Shown here: positions 44,467 through 50,525 of the stretch, piece after piece
Position numbering within the stretch: the first letter of the stretch is position 1
Layout: every line of letters starts with the position of its first letter
Virus record (IMG/VR): IMGVR_UViG_3300048588_000030
Location: 1-50,525 of that record
Reading direction: 5' to 3' (one strand)
Length of the DNA: 50,525 nt
From: a virus
Lineage: Duplodnaviria > Caudoviricetes
Translations under genes and position numbers: made by a program
The notes under the pieces: model-generated
What the model was told of the DNA's origin: nothing
What the model saw: only the letters and a program-made list of their open reading frames with translations
Databases searched by the model: none

Positions 44467-45690
44467 TTATGCTCCCTGTATACGGTTATACGCCACTTCC
44501 ACAGTTACCGGAATTATCGCATGACTGCCACTCCTCTTGTTCTTGCACAATGTCAACACTCTCCTATTAGCCTCAAGACTTTGCACACTAGCCCCAATGC
44601 CGATCATCACGTCAGCTTGGGCTGGGATACCCGTATTGCTATAGTCAACATCTCCCTTGTCCAGCACATCCTTGTTCGACGCACTATCGCCAGCTTGCGT
44701 CACAGACAGGACAACTACCCGGTATCGCTTGGCAATGTTACGCGCAGCAGTAGCTGCTTTCTCCAGCTTAACCGTATAGTTTTGCTCTCCTAGGTCGAGA
44801 TTTCGTAGCTGATCGAGCACAACAACGTCGGGCTTGTACTCCCGAACCAGCGCCTCTATCACGGGCGGCTGGCCGGGACTCAGAGGGGCGAATATGATAT
44901 TATCATACCCCCGTTCCCTAGCCAGTTGTTCCGCCCGTGCCGGATCTGCCTCTATTTCGGCAATGGTCATACCAGAAAGTCGCCCAACCGTACGCATAAT
45001 CAAGTCCTCAACGGGCTCCTCATTGCCGATGTACAGTACGGTAAGACCAGCCCGAAGGAACCCAGACACCGCATTAATCACGAACATGGTCTTGCCTATT
45101 TCAGGTTGCGCAAACACTATGACGTGATGGCCGCGGCGTAGTCCCCCTCGTAGATGGTCATTTAGCGCCTTGGGAAGAATGGGAATGAGCCCTTCCTCCT
45201 TCTCTTTCGCTACCAGTTCAGACAAGTCAGCGCCCCGCATTACCGGGACGAGCTTGGTGATGGCGTCCGCATTGGACGTTTCGGCAGCCAGTGACCATCG
45301 TTGGTAATCAGCAAGTAAGTTAGTTATCTCCGCAGTCCTACCTCCCAAGAGGGCACTCGCAAGTTTGTTCCCAGCCACCTCACGACGCATGGCCATAAGG
45401 TCAGTTATCACGTTCGGTGCGGAGACATTGGCCTCCTCGGAAGTCAGCCCCGCTACCAGTTCCATGAACAGCTTTTTGTGCTTAGGGTTGGTGTACTGCC
45501 GGGCTACGCTATTGGCAAGCAGTTCACCATCCACAGACTTTGCGGTATCGTCATTCGTGTAGTACGCAGTTACAGCATCGAGCACCACCCTCCCTTGCTC
45601 GCTGAAGTCATCCCCAGCATCAGCTTTGTTTACACTGTCCCACGCTTCCCGAGACTTGATGCACGCAACTAGTACCGAACGTTCGCTCAT
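44467..45690 (-). CDS. DnaB-like replicative helicase
   Basis: A.PEIGKT, GNEE, VLDQL, VTQA, KNK.SG. Confidence 0.9.
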   Translation of the reverse strand: MSERSVLVACIKSREAWDSVNKADAGDDFSEQGRVVLDAVTAYYTNDDTAKSVDGELLANSVARQYTNPKHKKLFMELVAGLTSEEANVSAPNVITDLMAMRREVAGNKLASALLGGRTAEITNLLADYQRWSLAAETSNADAITKLVPVMRGADLSELVAKEKEEGLIPILPKALNDHLRGGLRRGHHVIVFAQPEIGKTMFVINAVSGFLRAGLTVLYIGNEEPVEDLIMRTVGRLSGMTIAEIEADPARAEQLARERGYDNIIFAPLSPGQPPVIEALVREYKPDVVVLDQLRNLDLGEQNYTVKLEKAATAARNIAKRYRVVVLSVTQAGDSASNKDVLDKGDVDYSNTGIPAQADVMIGIGASVQSLEANRRVLTLCKNKRSGSHAIIPVTVEVAYNRIQGA

Positions 45691-46487
45691 ACTTCAAAGC
45701 TCGCCATGTAGTTATCCAATTCCTCCTCTCGCATATCCTTGATGTCACGGGGCAGCTTCATGACATAAAGCCAGTCCACCCACCCAGCAAGCCAGTTCCG
45801 TACGCGCAGCGCAGCCTCGTCGGCATCAGGGTCAAGAGCTATGAACACTTCCGTGTACTTCGCCGCGATTAGCGGAATGTCTCGTGGATCTAACGACGTT
45901 CCCAAAAGCGCCATAGTATCCATGTAATGCGAGGCCCGCACAGCACTAGGGATATCCTCCACGATCAGCAGGGACGGGCACCCCACCGGACTCGTATACC
46001 ACGAACTCTTCGTTACAGTCTGTGAGTTCATGTGGGTATACGCCTTTGCGCGACCGGGGCTAAACTTCCGATACCGCAAGTGCGTCCCCTTCACAGTCCT
46101 GTCATTGGCGTAGATCGGATACGCCGCGTTACCGTCTATCGTAAACCGTACCCCGGATCGACTAACGTGCTCCGGTGTAAACCCATACACAGCATTCAGC
46201 AAAACAAGATCTTCGGGATTTGGTGCGTACAGTGGTCCGGAGTATGGTCTAGATTCCTCACGAGGCGCAATAGGAGCGTCTGTGGCGAACAAACTCTTTC
46301 CACCTAGGGGTATGTAGCCCTTACACCCGCAGGAAGCTCTAAAGCAATTATACAAATACCCGGAACCGTCTCTGTTGGTGACGCTGAATTTCTTTTCACC
46401 GCAGTTCGGGCACTCGGCGGTGACAGTTGCTCCTATCGGGATGTTCAGGAGCGGGAGCATTGCTCTGGCTTTACTTACGCTAGTCAT
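45687..46487 (-). CDS. DNA primase (Zn finger plus TOPRIM)
   Basis: CPNC...CFRASC, VEDIPSA, ALDPDA, DIKD. Confidence 0.88.
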   Translation of the reverse strand: MTSVSKARAMLPLLNIPIGATVTAECPNCGEKKFSVTNRDGSGYLYNCFRASCGCKGYIPLGGKSLFATDAPIAPREESRPYSGPLYAPNPEDLVLLNAVYGFTPEHVSRSGVRFTIDGNAAYPIYANDRTVKGTHLRYRKFSPGRAKAYTHMNSQTVTKSSWYTSPVGCPSLLIVEDIPSAVRASHYMDTMALLGTSLDPRDIPLIAAKYTEVFIALDPDADEAALRVRNWLAGWVDWLYVMKLPRDIKDMREEELDNYMASFEV

Positions 46488-46503
46488 GTCCGTATCCTCC
46501 GTG

Positions 46504-46570
46504 TATTATTAATATAATAATATTATATATAATATATATATTATATTAATAATATATTATATAATAAATA
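46504..46570. repeat. Second pure A/T tract
   Basis: About 67 bp of TA/TAA units between the ECF-type promoter and the primase RBS. Confidence 0.85.
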
Positions 46571-46584
46571 CTATACCGTGTATT

Positions 46585-46615
46585 AATATAACGTTTTATA
46601 GTTACCTTTGTGACA
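46585..46615 (-). promoter_or_regulatory. Putative phage ECF-sigma promoter (upstream of primase)
   Basis: TGTCACA-aaggtaactataaaa-CGTTATATT. Confidence 0.72.
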
Positions 46616-46636
46616 TTAAGAATTCTTAATGAAAAC

Positions 46637-47161
46637 TTAATAATTCTCAGCAACCATCCTGAGTTTAGCTATTGCTCGTGACAGCAACTGCCGGGAATTA
46701 TCCTCACTTACCCCCAAACGTGTAGCTATCTCCGAGAAACTTGCTCCGTTGGCGTGCATGAAGTACACCGCCACCTGCTGCGGTGCAAGGTCGTTTACCG
46801 CTTGCATTATGGCTGCTTTCTGCTGCTCTGCAGCTAGGATGTCTTCTGGAGAATCCAACGAAGTGCCTACCGAGTACTCAACTAACAACTCGTCCCCTGC
46901 ATCCGTAACCTCCAACTCTAGGTGCCTGCCAATGTCCCGGCTAATGCGGCGGAGTACGTCAACACTCGCATTTGTAGCCATTCGACGAGCTATTCGCAGC
47001 AGTTCGTCATCAGAACCAGTAAAATCGTGGTATCTTTGCCACACTTTTACCAAAACTTCCTGTGCTACATCCTGAGCATCCGCCCTTTCTGGAAGAATCC
47101 CCGTGGAAACAGCCAACGCTGCATCGTGGCACGCCCATAGCTGCTTAGAATCTAGTGCCAT
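46637..47161 (-). CDS. ECF-type RNA polymerase sigma factor
   Basis: Region 2 DAQDVAQEVLVKVW...N...D.LRR; region 4 SFSEIATRLGVS...R.LL.RA. Confidence 0.9.
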   Translation of the reverse strand: MALDSKQLWACHDAALAVSTGILPERADAQDVAQEVLVKVWQRYHDFTGSDDELLRIARRMATNASVDVLRRISRDIGRHLELEVTDAGDELLVEYSVGTSLDSPEDILAAEQQKAAIMQAVNDLAPQQVAVYFMHANGASFSEIATRLGVSEDNSRQLLSRAIAKLRMVAENY

Positions 47162-47164
47162 ATG

Positions 47165-47959
47165 TCAATATCCTCGTGATGCTCGACGGTACATTTCAGC
47201 CCCAAATTCCCGAATATAGGTACTCAGAGTCGTTCCAGTAAGGCCCGGTGCGGTGTTAACCTCGTACACAGTCGCTTGTTGGATGTTCTCCGTCCATCCA
47301 ACGTCTACTGCGCCGAAGTCTAGCCCAAGTGCAGCCACTGCTGCTATGGATTGGTCTATGACATCGCGTGGAGGAGCGATCCCAGCACGACCAAATACCC
47401 ACCCGTTATCATAGTTACGCACCATATTGCGAGTCTCGGGGTCACCCAAAAATTCACCAGATCTTCGCATCTTTTTCTGCACATCGATGACACGTCCTTG
47501 CATGACGTGTACACGGTACTCGTCCTTCTTAGGCACATAGCGAACATAAAGCGGAAGCCCCTCCCTGACATCTTCTGGTCGTTTATAGATCTCAATTCCA
47601 CGTCCTGAACTGGAACGGAGTAGTCGCCGGCCAAAAACTATACGTTTTCGTGCCCACTTTCGGGCAACATTAACGTCCAAAGTATATTTTGGAATTTTTA
47701 TGCCCGCGGAATTAAGCAGCTCGAACGCCTTGAGCTTGTTACTGGCAAGTTTCACAGCACTTGGAGCGTTCAGCACGTACCCGCACCGCATTGCCCACGA
47801 CTCCGGTAGGGCAGACGAGCCCCAATTTACGATAGCATCACTGCCCCTAGGCACATAGGACGACTCCTCTGGTGCTCGCAATCGCTTAATCCTAAGCCCA
47901 CGACTTAGCTTTCTGGCACTGTCACTAAAGTAATTATACGCGTACAGCCGCCCTCGCAT
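47165..47959 (-). CDS. ATP-grasp (RimK-like) peptide ligase
   Basis: VNWG, A.NK, EYRVHV, LGLDFGAVD, EVNTAPG; start set to MRGRL at 47959 (GGAGG RBS). Confidence 0.9.
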   Translation of the reverse strand: MRGRLYAYNYFSDSARKLSRGLRIKRLRAPEESSYVPRGSDAIVNWGSSALPESWAMRCGYVLNAPSAVKLASNKLKAFELLNSAGIKIPKYTLDVNVARKWARKRIVFGRRLLRSSSGRGIEIYKRPEDVREGLPLYVRYVPKKDEYRVHVMQGRVIDVQKKMRRSGEFLGDPETRNMVRNYDNGWVFGRAGIAPPRDVIDQSIAAVAALGLDFGAVDVGWTENIQQATVYEVNTAPGLTGTTLSTYIREFGAEMYRRASRGY

Positions 47960-49637
47960 TAGACACCTCCATAGTTTCACTACATCCGCAATTAGCTACG
48001 TGCTCATTTCCTATCATCCGATATGATACAGCGTTAGCCATAGCAAACGTGATAGGCTGCCCACAGTCATAGCACCCACCCTTAGTCAGGTCAAGGAATC
48101 TCTGTGCTGATACCTTTGTGTTATACAGTCCCGGATAAACGAAGCCATCGACCCCGACATACGCCTTCTGTCTATTCTCTGTCGATATACTGTCAACTAA
48201 CTCTGTTGCGCTTGTGCAACGCGGCCCCCCTATCTGCACACTAGCCACGTCGTACGCGTCATCATCAGCATCATCGGTATCTACACCACTGGCATCAATG
48301 TCCTCCCCCTCATATAGCCACAAAGCCTCCTCCCCATGCTCATATGTCGGAACAAAGTCATCCGGCACCTTAGTCGATATCAGGCGACATATGACCTCGA
48401 CCTTTGTATCATCAAGTACCCGCACGCCTATTGGGGCGACCTCCCACACGTGGTCCTTGACTACCCACTGTCCCGGCTCAGCCTTGCCCAAACCTAACAG
48501 GGTGCTATCCAGTCCGTGCAAAGAAGCCTCGACTTGTGCGCACCCTAACTCCCCGGTCAAGCGAGCTATAGTGCGCCCGTTTCTCCTAGTAGAGTGCACT
48601 TGCAGTGGTACGAACAACATTCGATCATCGGGAGTGAGCGACCAATCCATTAACAACTCCAGCATACTATCAGGTATCTTCTTTTGGCGCTGCTCTGGTG
48701 CAGTAGTCGGCGTCACCTCTGTAGTAGGTTGCGCGCTGGGTGGTGTAATCACCGCTGGACGCTCGATGGGTTGCCGTCCCGGCCTGTAGTCTGCGCTATC
48801 ATCATCACAGTAAGATCCGTATGCGTCGTCATAGGCATGGGCCCACTGAGCATACGCCGAAGTTGCGCCACTGTAAGTCGTGTTGTATGTACAACGCTTA
48901 AGTTCAAGTTTGGTCATCTCCGGGGTAATAGTACTTGCTGCGTGGTGCCAGCGCATGAGTACGCCGGGATCAGGCTGAAAATACGTGTCAATGGTAATGC
49001 GAATTCGAGATGCCAACCATCGCAGCATTTCAAACTCAGAGGCGATGTACAGGGTGTTGCTGACACGAGATACCCCAAGGTGCAACGGCCGCTCACTATT
49101 GCGTATCAGATTGATGTACCCACTCCTAGAGTCGTACCACACCAGAGCAAACGCTCCCTCAATCTCCTTGATAACATCCTCTGGCGTGCCCTCATCCAGT
49201 GCGTGAGCTATGTAGTGACTGTCCACTTCAGCAGACTTGGACGAAAGCTTGTTGTGATTATGTATTGTTCCATTGTGAACAAGTGTGATAGCTCCAGATA
49301 TGAACGGGTGCGTGTTATCTGTCGTAGCCCGGCCTTTAGTTGCTGCCCTATTATGCCCAACCGCAGCAAACAAACTTGGCACTGTGCTCATGAAGCCCTT
49401 GGCTGCCGCATCGGCTAGAAACGCAGGGCCGGGCGCGGCCATACGTGCCCAACTAGCCTTTGGCACAGCAACTGAGTGCCGCTCCGCACTCGACGTGTAC
49501 GGCGGTCGCATTACACCAAATATCCCAGTGCCGTCTCTGCCGCGCAACGTGCCCGCAAACATAGCTTGTTCCAAGAAGCTTCGCTTATCTGCTGGGTGCA
49601 TAGCTGATGTAGTAATCACTCCAAATATTCCGCACAT
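47934..49637 (-). CDS. Class II (Ntn) glutamine amidotransferase with a long C-terminal extension
   Basis: MCGIFG, RG.D..G, GHNRAAT, HPF, HNGT, VDS. Confidence 0.92.
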   Translation of the reverse strand: MCGIFGVITTSAMHPADKRSFLEQAMFAGTLRGRDGTGIFGVMRPPYTSSAERHSVAVPKASWARMAAPGPAFLADAAAKGFMSTVPSLFAAVGHNRAATKGRATTDNTHPFISGAITLVHNGTIHNHNKLSSKSAEVDSHYIAHALDEGTPEDVIKEIEGAFALVWYDSRSGYINLIRNSERPLHLGVSRVSNTLYIASEFEMLRWLASRIRITIDTYFQPDPGVLMRWHHAASTITPEMTKLELKRCTYNTTYSGATSAYAQWAHAYDDAYGSYCDDDSADYRPGRQPIERPAVITPPSAQPTTEVTPTTAPEQRQKKIPDSMLELLMDWSLTPDDRMLFVPLQVHSTRRNGRTIARLTGELGCAQVEASLHGLDSTLLGLGKAEPGQWVVKDHVWEVAPIGVRVLDDTKVEVICRLISTKVPDDFVPTYEHGEEALWLYEGEDIDASGVDTDDADDDAYDVASVQIGGPRCTSATELVDSISTENRQKAYVGVDGFVYPGLYNTKVSAQRFLDLTKGGCYDCGQPITFAMANAVSYRMIGNEHVANCGCSETMEVSNARAAVRV

Positions 49638-50525
49638 TAAAACTCGTCCTCCTCAGTAGATTCATCGTTATCGTACTCTTCGTCATTGTACTCAATGTAC
49701 TCTTCATTATACCCCTCATCGTACTCCTGAACTTGCGTGAAAGTGGCCGTATCCTCTTGCGGCCTACGGAACGTATTCAAAAGCTCCCGAAAGTCAACTG
49801 GGCTATCAGCTCGTGCCGGAGCCGCACTAACTTTCTGATGCAAATTGCCGAAGCGCCACTTGAACGTGTCTGGTGATGGCGCTGGAGTATTGCCTAGAAG
49901 AATAGCTATAGAAGTGGGGATGTCGTACTCAAGCAACCACTCAACCTCCAACACAGACGACAGATTAGTGCGTACTGGCGTCGCATTGAACAGGCTTGGA
50001 ATGAGGCTTCGCACCACACTATCGACACTCCTCGTACGCAACTTGAGCAGTAGGTCGTCTGGAGATACGTCTCGTGAGTTGTGCATAAGCTCGTCAATAA
50101 CAGATAGCCACAGTCTTGCCTGTCCTACGTTGTCCCAAAGAGGTGCGTGACGGAACTCCAGCGTTCCGAACTTATGAATAGCCCCCAAGTTGAGTGCGCT
50201 GTACTTCTGAAAGTTATCCCACGCACCGCACCCACGCAGTGCACGGCTTAGCTGCTTGAGCGGAAGGTTAGCTCGGTAGAATGGTATGCAGTATATGTTC
50301 TCCTCTCGATCAGTTCCGCACATAGAGAATAGGATAGGCTCCACTAAACAGTACGCTGCCACGATATTGCGTACGCTATTCGGTGTTTCCAGTTGTACGT
50401 TAGCGTGCACGTGCATTGATGTTCGTATGCTTGAGGTGAACCCGTACGTATACCGCTCAGCGTAGAGCGCATCAAGCATGGAGTGTGCTTGCGTGCGCAT
50501 GACAGGACCGGCCAAGAACTCTATT
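49637..50525 (-). CDS. Putative amidoligase (glutamine synthetase/GCS fold), C-terminal part
   Basis: IEFL.GP at the window edge, RTSMHVH, KYSALN, GTLEFRH; the frame is open off the right edge. Confidence 0.88.
   Translation of the reverse strand, partial: IEFLAGPVMRTQAHSMLDALYAERYTYGFTSSIRTSMHVHANVQLETPNSVRNIVAAYCLVEPILFSMCGTDREENIYCIPFYRANLPLKQLSRALRGCGAWDNFQKYSALNLGAIHKFGTLEFRHAPLWDNVGQARLWLSVIDELMHNSRDVSPDDLLLKLRTRSVDSVVRSLIPSLFNATPVRTNLSSVLEVEWLLEYDIPTSIAILLGNTPAPSPDTFKWRFGNLHQKVSAAPARADSPVDFRELLNTFRRPQEDTATFTQVQEYDEGYNEEYIEYNDEEYDNDESTEEDEF

Noticed and set aside
1-50525. Prophage or temperate lifestyle; tRNA genes
   Set aside because: No integrase, CI-like repressor, host genes or tRNA cloverleaf recognised by eye; tRNAscan was not run.

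Overview
The window is an almost complete, circularly permuted genome (~50.5 kb) of a lytic T7-supergroup podovirus that has no phage RNA polymerase. Gene content and order resemble PA11/CW02-like Zobellviridae and phiEco32/LUZ24-type phages; this is judged from recalled motifs, not from a database search. The minus strand carries the early and middle genes: small early ORFs, a peptide/amide-ligase cluster split across the window junction (COOH.NH2 ligase type 2, GGCT, amidoligase, class II glutamine amidotransferase, ATP-grasp), an ECF sigma factor, primase, helicase, RNA ligase, PolA, SSB, nucleases and nucleotide enzymes. The plus strand (8356-36422) carries packaging, capsid, receptor-binding, tail, ejection and lysis genes, and the two arms converge near a terminator at ~36460. 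The strongest signals are non-coding: (1) three perfect tandem sigma-54 promoters with two NtrC-like enhancer boxes upstream of the first early gene, suggesting that early transcription is gated by host nitrogen status; (2) five copies of a 14-bp palindrome GTYATACGTATRAC across the early region; (3) a three-copy TGTCACA-N15-CGTT promoter likely read by the phage ECF sigma, with two copies followed by nearly pure A/T tracts; (4) four small genes sharing a junction sequence, resembling exchangeable cassettes. I saw no integrase, tRNA or CRISPR array.
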